From positions 1-64,000 of IMG/VR virus record IMGVR_UViG_3300042540_000681: a DNA stretch of 64,000 nt; one strand, 5' to 3'. The DNA comes from an uncultured virus (IMG/VR IMGVR_UViG_3300042540_000681). Its lineage: Duplodnaviria; Heunggongvirae; Uroviricota; Caudoviricetes. A program made the translations under genes and the position numbers. Under the pieces are notes generated by a model, which worked only from the letters and a program-made list of their open reading frames with translations, was not told the DNA's origin and ran no database searches. This document shows positions 20,522 through 31,600 of the stretch, piece by piece; the first letter of the stretch is position 1; every line of letters begins with the position of its first letter.

Positions 20522-20683
20522 ATGAAAGACCTATCACTTTCCGAAGAGCAAATTAAACTTCTTGCGGATGCTCTTTGGATGCGTCAAAGATGCTTTATCG
20601 CAGGAGACAAAAGATTCAAAGAATATGGTGCGATGTTAGATACACTTCTTGAAGGAATTGAATACACTCCAAAAAGATTCTGA
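20522..20683 (+). CDS. 53-aa hypothetical protein
   Basis: ORF MKDLSLSEEQIKLLADALWMRQRCFIAGD... read by hand; ends 2 nt before next ATG. Confidence 0.55.
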   Translation: MKDLSLSEEQIKLLADALWMRQRCFIAGDKRFKEYGAMLDTLLEGIEYTPKRF

Positions 20684-20685
20684 AT

Positions 20686-21390
20686 ATGACTTACGATACA
20701 GTCTTCATATCTGATGTTCACTTGGGAACTCCGCGATGTAATACTGAAAAGTTTCTCAAGTTTCTGAAAGAACTCAAAACCAAAAAGTTAGTTCTGGTAG
20801 GTGATATTATAGACATCTACTGTATGGAAAAATATAATACTCGTTGGAAAAAAGAGCACACCGAATGTGTTCATCAGATTCTCAATCTCGCAAAGAAAGG
20901 AACCGAGATTGTTTATATTCTTGGAAATCACGAAGGAATGATTCGTCGTTATACTGATTTTGAACACAAGAACTTTAAGATGGTTGATGAATATACGCAC
21001 AAGGATTCAAAGGGAAATAAGTTTCTTTGTATTCACGGAGATAAGTATTCTGAGTATTCTTCTGGGTCTTGGAAACAACTCATCTTTAATAAAGGATATG
21101 AATTCATTACACCACTCAGTTTATTTTTTGAGAGGTTCTTCCGTTTCTCTTTGGTTTATGCTTTGAAGAATAGTGTGCGTGGTAAGAACTATATCAATCA
21201 ATATGAGACTGATATTGCTTCTTATTGTGCTCAAAGAGATAAGAAATATTCTGGTGTAATCTGCGGACACATACATTCGGCAAATATTCGCAATTTTGGC
21301 AAAATCACTTATATGTGTTGTGGAGATTTTGTGGATACTTGTTCTGCCATCTTAGAAAAGAACGGTGTATATTGTTTGGAAAAGTACTGA
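20686..21390 (+). CDS. Calcineurin-like metallophosphoesterase, UDP-2,3-diacylglucosamine hydrolase (LpxH2/YbbF)-like
   Basis: FISDVHLG, LVGDIID, LGNHE, IHGD, ICGHIH, CGDFV. Confidence 0.85.
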   Translation: MTYDTVFISDVHLGTPRCNTEKFLKFLKELKTKKLVLVGDIIDIYCMEKYNTRWKKEHTECVHQILNLAKKGTEIVYILGNHEGMIRRYTDFEHKNFKMVDEYTHKDSKGNKFLCIHGDKYSEYSSGSWKQLIFNKGYEFITPLSLFFERFFRFSLVYALKNSVRGKNYINQYETDIASYCAQRDKKYSGVICGHIHSANIRNFGKITYMCCGDFVDTCSAILEKNGVYCLEKY

Positions 21391-21521
21391 TGATATCCTC
21401 AACAACTCCATATAAACTCGCAGAGATTATTCAAGATACTTGGCCTGGACTTTACAGACCTGTACAAGACCGTAAGGATTTTCCAACAAACACTTCCACC
21501 ACAGATAAAAAAGTGGTATAA
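21390..21521 (+). CDS. 43-aa hypothetical protein (MISSTTPYKLAEIIQDTWPGLYRP...)
   Basis: TGATG coupling to the upstream gene. Confidence 0.5.
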   Translation: MISSTTPYKLAEIIQDTWPGLYRPVQDRKDFPTNTSTTDKKVV

Positions 21522-21545
21522 TTACTCATAGTCACTACAACTTTT

Positions 21546-21836
21546 ATGACTTTTAATGTTACTCTTCGTTCCGCCGATGGAACCGAACAAACTATTCAAT
21601 GTCCCGCAGACCAATATATTCTAGAAGCAGCAGATGAGGCAGGAATTGATCTTCCTTTCTCTTGTAAGGCAGGTGCCTGCTCTGCCTGTGCCGGTAAGGT
21701 TGTCTCTGGTGAGATTGATAATGAAGACCAATCTTTCCTTGATGATGACCAAATGGCAGATGGATGGGCACTTCTTTGTGTGGCATATCCCAAGTCTGAT
21801 TGTGTCATTCTTACCGAACAGGAGGAGAACCTGTGA
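21546..21836 (+). CDS. petF: Plant-type [2Fe-2S] ferredoxin
   Basis: [16 protein letters not shown]...[11 protein letters not shown]. Confidence 0.97.
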   Translation: MTFNVTLRSADGTEQTIQCPADQYILEAADEAGIDLPFSCKAGACSACAGKVVSGEIDNEDQSFLDDDQMADGWALLCVAYPKSDCVILTEQEENL

Positions 21837-22078
21837 GTTCCGAAATGCTCGGACAACTTGCCGTTGCCATTCAAAATCTTGGATGGGAACCAACGGATGA
21901 GATTGTAGTACAAGTCGGTGGTGTTGCCGCAACTGGCACTGAAACAAATCCCGATGCAAATCCAAAATGGGCAAAACCTTATGGTACTGTCACATATCAA
22001 AACGATGCTTTTATTGTGATTAAGAATGTAAATCGCAATCCTGTAGTACCTTCGCAACCAAATAATGAAAAAGTATAA
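21833..22078 (+). CDS. Hypothetical protein
   Basis: GTGA overlap with petF stop; ORF track 21800..22078. Confidence 0.6.
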   Translation: MSSEMLGQLAVAIQNLGWEPTDEIVVQVGGVAATGTETNPDANPKWAKPYGTVTYQNDAFIVIKNVNRNPVVPSQPNNEKV

Positions 22079-22385
22079 TAGTGAAGAATATTTTTCAGTG
22101 ATTGATAAAAGAACTGGAAGAAAAATTGTAGATTGTGCCGAGTGGTCAGATGCAATGTTGATGTTTGATTTTGACCCACATAATCGACAAATCACAAGGA
22201 ATAAGTTTCTGATGGGTCAAGTAATTGATGTAGAAATGCCTAAAGCACTTCCAACAAATGAGATAGTTCAAGGTGGTGTTGGTAGTTCTTATGATATTCC
22301 AACTGCAACTGGTGCCAATGGACCTGGAGAACCATTGCCACAAATCAAACTACCAGAAAGACAACAAGAACCTTTTGTTGTATGA
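22065..22385 (+). CDS. Hypothetical protein
   Basis: ORF track; tightly packed in the operon. Confidence 0.65.
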   Translation: MKKYNSEEYFSVIDKRTGRKIVDCAEWSDAMLMFDFDPHNRQITRNKFLMGQVIDVEMPKALPTNEIVQGGVGSSYDIPTATGANGPGEPLPQIKLPERQQEPFVV

Positions 22386-22498
22386 ATCTACTTAACTTTT
22401 TTGAGAGAGACTCTGACATCACTTACTATGATGAGTTTCATTACATTTATATTACACTCAAAGAACTCGTAGAAGTTATAAGAACAAAGAATAAATAA
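22382..22498 (+). CDS. 38-aa hypothetical protein
   Basis: ATGA overlap; MNLLNFFERDSDITYYDEFHYIYITLKELV... Confidence 0.45.
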   Translation: MNLLNFFERDSDITYYDEFHYIYITLKELVEVIRTKNK

Positions 22499-22517
22499 TC
22501 ATAAGTTGCAAATACTT

Positions 22518-22889
22518 ATGGTTCCTCTACACTCGTTTAAGGACTATCTGTTTAATCTAGAAACGACCAGTAAAGCAGAAGCAAAACGAATGTGGAGGAA
22601 AAATATAAAAGAGCAATGGGAACACAAGTGTGCCTATTGTGATTCGGAAGAGAATATCACGCTGGACCACATCATTCCGCAATGTAAGGGTGGACTTGAT
22701 GTAAAGACGAATGTAATTTCCTGTTGTCATTCCTGCAATCAATCCAAGGGGCACGAGCACTGGAAACTATGGTATGTCCAGCAAGATTTTTATAGTGAAG
22801 AGAGATTTGATAAAATACAAGAATGGATGAAACCAGAGGCACCAACAAATCTATATTCTTATCGCCCAAGACGTAATAATATTTCTTGA
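22518..22889 (+). CDS. HNH endonuclease
   Basis: CAYC...TLDHIIPQCKGG...NVISCCHSCNQSKG; AATAAATA late-like motif at 22490. Confidence 0.9.
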   Translation: MVPLHSFKDYLFNLETTSKAEAKRMWRKNIKEQWEHKCAYCDSEENITLDHIIPQCKGGLDVKTNVISCCHSCNQSKGHEHWKLWYVQQDFYSEERFDKIQEWMKPEAPTNLYSYRPRRNNIS

Positions 22890-22896
22890 ATAAATA
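22889..22896 (+). promoter_or_regulatory. Late promoter-like motif AATAAATA upstream of the structural block
   Basis: NATAAATA in the intergenic region before 22945. Confidence 0.55.
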
Positions 22897-22944
22897 AATC
22901 AAGGCAATATATATTGCTTTTTTGGTAAATACCGAATGTAATAA

Positions 22945-25299
22945 ATGGCAACTCCGATTCGTATTAAAAGGTCTGCTGTACCCGGCAAAAGACCTGCGGT
23001 TTCTGATTTAAGAACAGGTGAATTAGCTTTAAATACGTTTGATGCAGAAGTCTATACTTTAAGAGATAGATTTTCGCAGACTGGAATTTCTACGGAAGTT
23101 GTTAGACTCGGTGCGGGTGCAACAGTTACTAATATTTTATATGTCACAAAAGACGGAAACGATACGAACACAGGAAAAAAACTCGGAGACGCAAAAGCAA
23201 CTGTTGGAGCAGCCCTCTCAATCGCAACAGAAGGATCCGTTATTAGAGTTGCTTCTGGATCTTATATAGAAAATAATCCTTTAGTTTTGTCAAAACAGGT
23301 CTCAATTGTTGGAGATAGTTTAAGAGAAGTATCAATATCTCCACAAAATTCAAATCAAGATTTATTTCACGTTACAGAAGGAAATTATGTAACGGAAATG
23401 TCTTATACAGGATCTTTGAATCCTGGTAAGGCAGTTTTTGCTTTTAATCCAAATACGATTGGATTTTCAAGTCAGTCGGCATATATTCGTAACTGTACTA
23501 ATTTCATTCCAAATAGTATTGGAATGAAAATTGATGGTAATGATGCCATAGGTCCAACTAGGAGTATGGTTACGGATTCCTTCACTCAATATAATCAGGG
23601 TGGAATTGGAGTTTCAATCACAAATGGGGGGTATGCTCAGTTAGTTTCTCTCTTTACAATTTGTAATGACATAGCGGTTTATTGTGGATCTGGTGGTGCT
23701 TGTGATCTTACAAACTCAAACTCATCTTTTGGAAACTATGCTCTTGTTGCTGATGGTGTTGGAGCAAAAAAATATACGGGAATAGTCACAAGTGCTGCAG
23801 CAGAAAATGCTGATACTTTTGTTCTTGATTTAAATGTACCAACTTTAAATATAGTAAATGCTCTTTATGATAATACGACGGGACTTTTAACTGCCTATAC
23901 TGATAGTGCTCATAAGTTCTCGGTTGGTATGGGTATTTCTCTTTCTGGACTTGAATTTAGTTGCCCTTCTGGTCCCGGAATTGTTACATACCCAAGCGGA
24001 AAAAAGGGATATATATTTGAAACAAAAACTGTTGCTCCGGGAAGATATGTTGATTCGTATAATTTAATTCGGGCAAATAGACAAGAAATTATTGATAGTT
24101 CTTATAATCAAATAACCACACAATTCCCATCTTTTGTAAATCCAAGTCCAGATAAGTGTAAGAGAGATATTGGATATATTGTAGATGCCGTATCACTAGA
24201 TGTAAGAGATTTTACAAGTGAAAACTCTATTGAAGCAACAAAAGCTTATTTTGGAGAAAATGGTCTTCCCTTAAATAATGGTCTTGTTGGAGAAGAGATA
24301 CAAACAATAGTTGGATTTACTTCTGCCAGAGAACTAATGAAACTGGCAATTACTAATAATCTAACAGTTAAAGACTTGAATGTTGTTGCGGATCCACTCA
24401 CCGGAAGTAATACGAGTCCTGCTTCTTGTGCCGATGTTCGGTCTTTTATTGATAATCTTGTCGGAATTATTACGACTAGTATTGGTGCCGGGAATATCCT
24501 TTCACTTCCACAAGTGTCTATGGCAAGTACGGTGTTTACTTGTAATGTTGGAGTTTCTACATTACCTCATACTTATGTAGGTAGCGGCACGGCAAAAATT
24601 AATGTCATAAGACCCTTTGATGGTCAGGTCGTATATTTTAACAAACTTTACTATACAGTAGGAAAGATATTAATAACTAATGGTGGATCTGGATATTCTC
24701 TTTCTCCGGAAATTACTATATCTGATCCAGAAACTGATTTTGGAGTTGTTGCACAGGCAGTTGCGGAAGTTAAAGATGGTACTGTTGTTGCAATTGATAT
24801 GGTTTCTACGGGTAGAGGATATACTTATACACCAACAGTCACATTAACCGGTCCTGAAGTTGGAATAAATACAGCAGTAGCGGTTCCTTTAATGGTTCCA
24901 ACTTATTATTCAATATTAAGTTCTACTCCAATTTCTGCCGGTATTTGTACTATTACGGTAAATGATAATGTTCCTTATGAGGTTGGAATTGGAACACAGG
25001 TTCCATTTTTTAAACAGAGTCGTATTTTGGCATCAGGGCATTCTTTGGAATATATTGGTTCTGGTACAAATATTGACACTGCTCTTCCCTCATTAGGTGG
25101 GGTTCCAATTCAAGAGAATGAGACCGATGTTCGTAATGGTGGATTGGTTGTATTCACGAGTACGGACCAATCAGGAAACTTTAGAATTGGTGATGGCGTT
25201 GTAATTGATCAGCAGACGGGTACTATATCTGGTACATTTTATTCTAAGAGTTTATTTTCTACCATTACACCATTTATTCTAGCACTAGGAGGAGATTAA
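22945..25299 (+). CDS. Virion structural/tail-fibre-associated protein (beta-helix-like region)
   Basis: N-terminal IRIKRSAVPGKRP..GELALN typical of cyanophage fibres; YVTKDGNDTN, DSFTQYNQGGIG, GGSGY repeats, TDQSGNFRIGD. Confidence 0.75.
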   Translation: MATPIRIKRSAVPGKRPAVSDLRTGELALNTFDAEVYTLRDRFSQTGISTEVVRLGAGATVTNILYVTKDGNDTNTGKKLGDAKATVGAALSIATEGSVIRVASGSYIENNPLVLSKQVSIVGDSLREVSISPQNSNQDLFHVTEGNYVTEMSYTGSLNPGKAVFAFNPNTIGFSSQSAYIRNCTNFIPNSIGMKIDGNDAIGPTRSMVTDSFTQYNQGGIGVSITNGGYAQLVSLFTICNDIAVYCGSGGACDLTNSNSSFGNYALVADGVGAKKYTGIVTSAAAENADTFVLDLNVPTLNIVNALYDNTTGLLTAYTDSAHKFSVGMGISLSGLEFSCPSGPGIVTYPSGKKGYIFETKTVAPGRYVDSYNLIRANRQEIIDSSYNQITTQFPSFVNPSPDKCKRDIGYIVDAVSLDVRDFTSENSIEATKAYFGENGLPLNNGLVGEEIQTIVGFTSARELMKLAITNNLTVKDLNVVADPLTGSNTSPASCADVRSFIDNLVGIITTSIGAGNILSLPQVSMASTVFTCNVGVSTLPHTYVGSGTAKINVIRPFDGQVVYFNKLYYTVGKILITNGGSGYSLSPEITISDPETDFGVVAQAVAEVKDGTVVAIDMVSTGRGYTYTPTVTLTGPEVGINTAVAVPLMVPTYYSILSSTPISAGICTITVNDNVPYEVGIGTQVPFFKQSRILASGHSLEYIGSGTNIDTALPSLGGVPIQENETDVRNGGLVVFTSTDQSGNFRIGDGVVIDQQTGTISGTFYSKSLFSTITPFILALGGD

Positions 25300-25302
25300 A
25301 TA

Positions 25303-25650
25303 ATGGCATTAGCACTTAATGTATTCAAGACGATTACTACTGTTGGTAATACTAATAATGTCGGCATTTATACTGCTCCAGTTGGATATACTGGAGTTGT
25401 ACTTCTAGCACAGGCAACGAATATTGGAGCACAAACACAAACAGTTTCATTCGCACATCAAAGAACCAATAAAAGAACAGGAATTGCGGTTACAACTGAA
25501 ATTATTTTATCTTATCCTATCTCTGGAAATGATACGGCAAATTTGTTAGCAGGAAAGTTAGTTCTGGAATCAAGTGATGTCCTTAGATTTTCCGCAAGTA
25601 ATAATACTGATATTAAGTTCATAGCAAGCATTCTAGAAACTCTTAACTAA
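25303..25650 (+). CDS. Small structural protein
   Basis: IYTAPVGYTGVVLLAQATN...GKLVLE...SILET; lies between fibre genes. Confidence 0.65.
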   Translation: MALALNVFKTITTVGNTNNVGIYTAPVGYTGVVLLAQATNIGAQTQTVSFAHQRTNKRTGIAVTTEIILSYPISGNDTANLLAGKLVLESSDVLRFSASNNTDIKFIASILETLN

Positions 25651-25653
25651 CAA

Positions 25654-28600
25654 ATGGATAAGTACGTCAGCGGCAGACAAAGGAAACTCCAAGTAGGTTT
25701 ATCTTCTTATAGTGAAGGAACTCAGGTAGTAGAAGTAATTGGACGTGTAGGTATTGGTTCTACAGTCTTTGATGCCCAGTATGACTTAGACGTTCGTGGC
25801 AATACAAATCTTGGTGCTAATAGTTCTAATTTAATTAATATTCCTGGAAGAATCTCTTCAAATTTATATCCATCTAGCGATGGTGTTTATGATATTGGTA
25901 GAGCTCCTCAAATTGGTTCTGGAGCAAATCGTTGGAAAGATGCTAATTTTCTTGGAAAGGGTACATTTAATGCTGGTGTAGATGCTCATGATATTGAAAT
26001 TGGTGTAGGTGCTGCGAATTTAATTTATAGTACTTCTGGAAATTTAGAATTAAATTCTGACAGCGGAAGAACTAATATTGATGATAATCTAACTGTATCG
26101 GGAAATATTGGTGTAGGGTCTGTTAATCCTACATCAAAACTCTGGGTAACTGGTGATGGATATTTTACTGGTGTTGTAACTTCCTCTAACTTTTATGTTA
26201 ATGGTGAATTAGTTGGTACTGGTGGTTCTTTAACCAATCTTTATGTTTCTGGTATATCTACTTTCAGTGGACCTGTTGGATTAGGATCTTCGGTAGTAGA
26301 CGTATATGGTAATGTAGGTATTGCTGGTTCTATTTTAATTTCTACTGGTGCTGGAGTTAGTTGGGTTTCTCCTTTTGCTGCCGGTCTTCAAGGTACTCAA
26401 GGTCTTCAGGGTACTCAAGGAACTCAGGGAATCCAAGGTGAGCAGGGTACTCAAGGTCTTCAGGGTACTCAAGGAACCCAAGGTCTACAGGGTACACAAG
26501 GTACTCAAGGTCTTCAGGGTACTCAAGGAACTCAGGGAATCCAAGGTGAGCAGGGTACTCAAGGTCTTCAGGGTACTCAAGGAACTCAGGGAATCCAAGG
26601 TGAGCAGGGTACTCAAGGTCTTCAGGGTACTCAAGGAACTCAAGGTCTTCAGGGTACTCAAGGAACTCAGGGAATTCAAGGTGAGCAGGGAACTCAAGGT
26701 CTTCAGGGTACTCAAGGAACTCAAGGTCTTCAGGGTACTCAAGGAACTCAAGGTCTTCAGGGAACTCAAGGAACCCAAGGTCTTCAGGGTACTCAAGGTA
26801 CTCAGGGTCTTCAAGGAACTCAAGGAACCCAAGGTCTTCAGGGTACTCAAGGTACTCAAGGATTACAAGGAACTCAAGGAATTGAAGGTCCAGTAGCGGG
26901 TTCATCAGGCCAAGTTATCTATAAAGATGGTTCCAATAATCCTGTCGGTTCCAATAACCTAACCTTTGATGGTTCTAACTTATATGTTGGTGGGAACATT
27001 ACCGTTGGTGGTACTACGGCATTCCTTGCTGTTAATGAACTTAAAGTTAATGATAAAGATATTATACTTGGTATTACCACCGATGCTTTTGATAATGATA
27101 TTTCTACCGATATAACCGCAAATCATGGTGGTATTGCAATTGCTTCTACGGAAGGAAGTCCATTAATTGACATTAGTATCGTTGGTATTGATAGTATTCC
27201 ATCCACATACAAACAAATTATGTGGATTAAGGGTGGTACTTTGGGAGCAGGAACCACCGATGCTTGGTTATTCAACTATGGTGTTGGTATTGGTTCTACT
27301 CAAGTACCTAATGGAGTAAGACTTTCCGCTGGTGGTATGCAGGTTACTGATACCACAGTAACTTCTCCATACTTTGATGGTATTGTTACAAAACAGGCAA
27401 TTAAGGGTCAAATATCTACAAGTAGTGTAACTTCTGATGATTTGATTTTGATCTATGATAACACAACTGATCAAATTTATAAATCAACAATTCAGGATGC
27501 CGCTCTTCAGGGTAGACAAGGTATTCAGGGTCTTCAGGGTACTCAAGGAACTCAGGGTCTTCAGGGAACTCAGGGCACTCAGGGTCTTCAGGGAACTCAG
27601 GGCACTCAGGGTCTTCAGGGTACTCAGGGAACTCAAGGTCTTCAGGGTACTCAAGGAACTCAGGGAATTCAAGGTGAGCAGGGAACTCAAGGTCTTCAGG
27701 GTACTCAGGGAACTCAAGGTCTTCAGGGTACTCAGGGAACCCAAGGTCTTCAGGGTACTCAAGGAACTCAAGGTCTTCAGGGTACTCAAGGAACTCAGGG
27801 AATTCAAGGTGAGCAGGGAACTCAAGGTCTTCAGGGTACACAAGGTACTCAAGGTCTTCAGGGTACTCAAGGTACACAGGGTCTTCAGGGTACTCAAGGA
27901 ACTCAGGGAATTCAAGGTGAGCAGGGAACTCAAGGTCTTCAGGGTACTCAAGGTACACAGGGTCTTCAGGGTCTTCAGGGTACACAAGGTACTCAAGGTC
28001 TTCAGGGTACTCAAGGTACACAGGGTCTTCAGGGTACGCAAGGAACTCAGGGTCTTCAGGGTACGCAAGGAACTCAAGGAATTCAAGGTGAGCAGGGAAC
28101 TCAGGGAACTCAAGGTCTTCAGGGTACGCAAGGTACTCAAGGAATCCAAGGTGAGCAGGGTACTCAGGGTCTACAGGGTACGCAAGGAACTCAAGGAATT
28201 CAAGGTGAGCAGGGAACTCAGGGTCTTCAGGGTACTCAAGGAACCCAAGGTCTTCAGGGTACTCAAGGAACTCAGGGTCTTCAGGGTCTTCAGGGTACGC
28301 AAGGAACTCAAGGAATTCAAGGTGAGCAGGGAACTCAGGGTCTTCAGGGTACGCAAGGTACTCAAGGTACTCAAGGTCTTCAGGGTACTCAAGGTACACA
28401 GGGTCTTCAGGGTACTCAAGGTATTCAAGGACAGCAAGGTATTCAAGGTACTCAAGGAATTCAAGGTGAGCAGGGTACTCAAGGTCTACAGGGTACACAA
28501 GGTACTCAAGGTCTTCAGGGTACTCAAGGAACTCAGGGTCTTCAGGGTACTCAAGGAACTCAAGGAACTCAAGGAATTCAAGGTGAGCAGGGTACTCAAG

Positions 28601-31600
28601 GTCTACAGGGTACACAAGGTACTCAAGGTCTTCAGGGTACTCAAGGAACTCAGGGTCTTCAGGGTACTCAAGGAACTCAAGGAACTCAAGGTCTTCAGGG
28701 TCTGATTGGTCCTATTGCCGGTTCTGATACTGAGGTAATTTTTAATGATGCAGGAGTTTCTGGAGCTTCTTCTAACTTTACGTTCAATAAAAATACCTCA
28801 ACCGTTCAAATTGGAGGAGTTTCTGGTACTGGAATTGGCATTAACACCAATACAATTACTGGTCCTTCCGAACTGATTATTGACCCTGCTGGTGTAGGTG
28901 TTGATACTGGTGTCGTAAGAATTAAAGGTGACTTATATGTAGACGGAACCACAACCACAATTAATTCTACCATTGTAGAGATTGCTGATGCTCAAATAGG
29001 CATAGCAACAACAGTAGGAACCAATTTACTTCTTGATGGTGCCGGAATCGGTATTGGGTCTACTAATATTCGTAAGACTTTAACCTATGATTTCTCAAGT
29101 GATTCATTAAAATCAAGTGAAAACTTTGATTTAGAAAATAATAAAGTTTATAAAATTAATGAAGTTGAAGTACTTTCTTCAACTACTCTAGGAACAGGAG
29201 TTACAATATCAAGTATTAGAAGTGTATCACCAGGTTTAATTTCCGATAGACCTGAAGTATCAGCAACTGCCGATGATTATATTCTTTATTATGATAATCT
29301 TGATGGAACTCTGAAGAAGTCCACAATTCAAAATGCCGCCCTTCAGGGTGTTCAAGGTACTCAAGGACTTCAGGGTACTCAAGGTCTTCAAGGAACCCAA
29401 GGTCTTCAGGGAACCCAAGGCACTCAGGGTACTCAAGGTCTCCAAGGAACCCAAGGCACTCAGGGTACTCAAGGTCTTCAGGGTACTCAAGGAGCACAAG
29501 GTACTCAAGGTCTTCAGGGTACTCAAGGAGCACAAGGTACTCAAGGTCTTCAGGGTACTCAAGGAGCACAAGGTACTCAAGGATTACAAGGAACCCAAGG
29601 TACTCAGGGTACTCAAGGTCTTCAGGGTACTCAAGGTCTTCAGGGTACTCAAGGTCTTCAGGGTACTCAAGGTCTTCAGGGTACTCAAGGAGCACAAGGT
29701 ACTCAAGGTCTTCAGGGTACTCAAGGTCTTCAGGGTACTCAAGGTCTTCAGGGTACTCAAGGATTACAGGGTACTCAAGGATTACAAGGAACCCAAGGCA
29801 CTCAGGGTACTCAAGGTCTTCAGGGTACTCAAGGAGCACAAGGTACTCAGGGTACTCAAGGATTACAAGGAACCCAAGGTACTCAGGGTACTCAAGGTCT
29901 TCAGGGTACTCAAGGTCTTCAGGGTACTCAAGGTCTTCAGGGTACTCAAGGATTACAGGGTACTCAAGGATTACAAGGAACCCAAGGCACTCAGGGTACT
30001 CAAGGTCTACAAGGTACTCAAGGTCTTCAGGGTACTCAAGGAGCACAAGGTACTCAAGGTCTTCAGGGTACTCAAGGTCTCCAAGGAACCCAAGGTACTC
30101 AGGGAACTCAAGGATTACAAGGAACCCAAGGTACTCAAGGTACTCAAGGTCTTCAGGGAACTCAAGGTTTAACGGGACCAATAGCAGGTTCTAACTCTCA
30201 AGTTATTTTTAACAATAATAATGTTTCTGCCGGAGCTACTAACTTTGTATATGATGCTGTAAATCAAAGAGTTGGTATTGGAACCACAGTTCCAACAACA
30301 AACTTAGATGTAAATGGTGGTATTAGACTTCGTGGTTCTCTCTTTGATAAGGATAATGAACCTGGAGCACCAGGGCAAGTTCTCGCATCAACTGGTTCTG
30401 GAGTAGATTGGGTTGCTGCCGCCGCTGCTGGCGCAATTACTGGTATTACAATTCGTGAGGAAGGTTCTGTTGTAGGAACTACAGATAGTGTTAATTCTGT
30501 TAATTTTGTAGGACCAAATGTAACTGCAACAGCATCTGGTGCTGGCGCAACTATCACAATTGCCGATTATGTTTCTAATGCCGGTATCGCCACAAATCTA
30601 AAAGGCGGTGCTACTGGTAATATACCTTATCAGTCTTCACCTGATAATACTGTATTCTTGGCAAATGGCACATCTGGGTATGTTCTTCAATCAAATGGAG
30701 TTGGTGCCGCACCTACTTGGGTTCCTGCCGCTGCCGCTGGCGCAATTACTGGTATTACAATTCGTGAAGAAGGTTCTGTTGTAGGAACTCCGGATAGTGT
30801 TAATTCCATTAACTTTGTAAGTGGAAATCTAACCGCAACCGCAACCGGAGTAGGCGCAACAATCGCCCTAACTGATACTCCTACATTTACTGGTCTTACT
30901 GTTAATGGTACTACCAATATTAATTCAAATTTAAATGTTAGTGGAAACATAACTGTCGGTGGTACTACGGCATTTATTTCTGTTAATGAACTAGTTGTTA
31001 GAGATAAAGATATTATATTAGGATTTACAACAAATGCCCTCAATCAGGATGTTTCTACAGACACTACGGCAAATCACGGTGGTATTGCTATTGCTTCTAC
31101 CGAAGGTACTCCACTAGTTGATATTAGTGTCGTTGGTATTGATAGTATTGCTTCCACATATAAGCAAATTATGTGGATTAAGGGTGGTACTTTGGGTGCC
31201 GGTACTACTGATGCATGGTTATTCAACTATGGTGTTGGTATTGGAAGCACTCAAGTACCAAATGGAGTTCGTTTGGCAGTCGGTGGAGTTCATATTACCG
31301 ATAGTCAAATTACCGCAACCAGATTTAATGGAACTGCTAGTAATCTTGATATTAATGGATTACCTACCGTTACAGACCCTCAAAGTGGTGACTTTATTGC
31401 ACTTTATGATGTAAGTGGAACTGTTGTAGGAAAGGCAACGATACAGAATGCCGCTCTTCAGGGACTCCAAGGTACTCAAGGATTACAAGGAACTCAGGGT
31501 CTTCAGGGTACTCAGGGAAGACAAGGTACTCAAGGTCTTCAGGGAACCCAAGGTACACAAGGTACTCAAGGACTCCAAGGTACTCAGGGTACACAAGGTA

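Noticed and set aside
21596..22195. Minus-strand 199-aa ORF
   Set aside because: Antisense shadow of petF and downstream + strand genes
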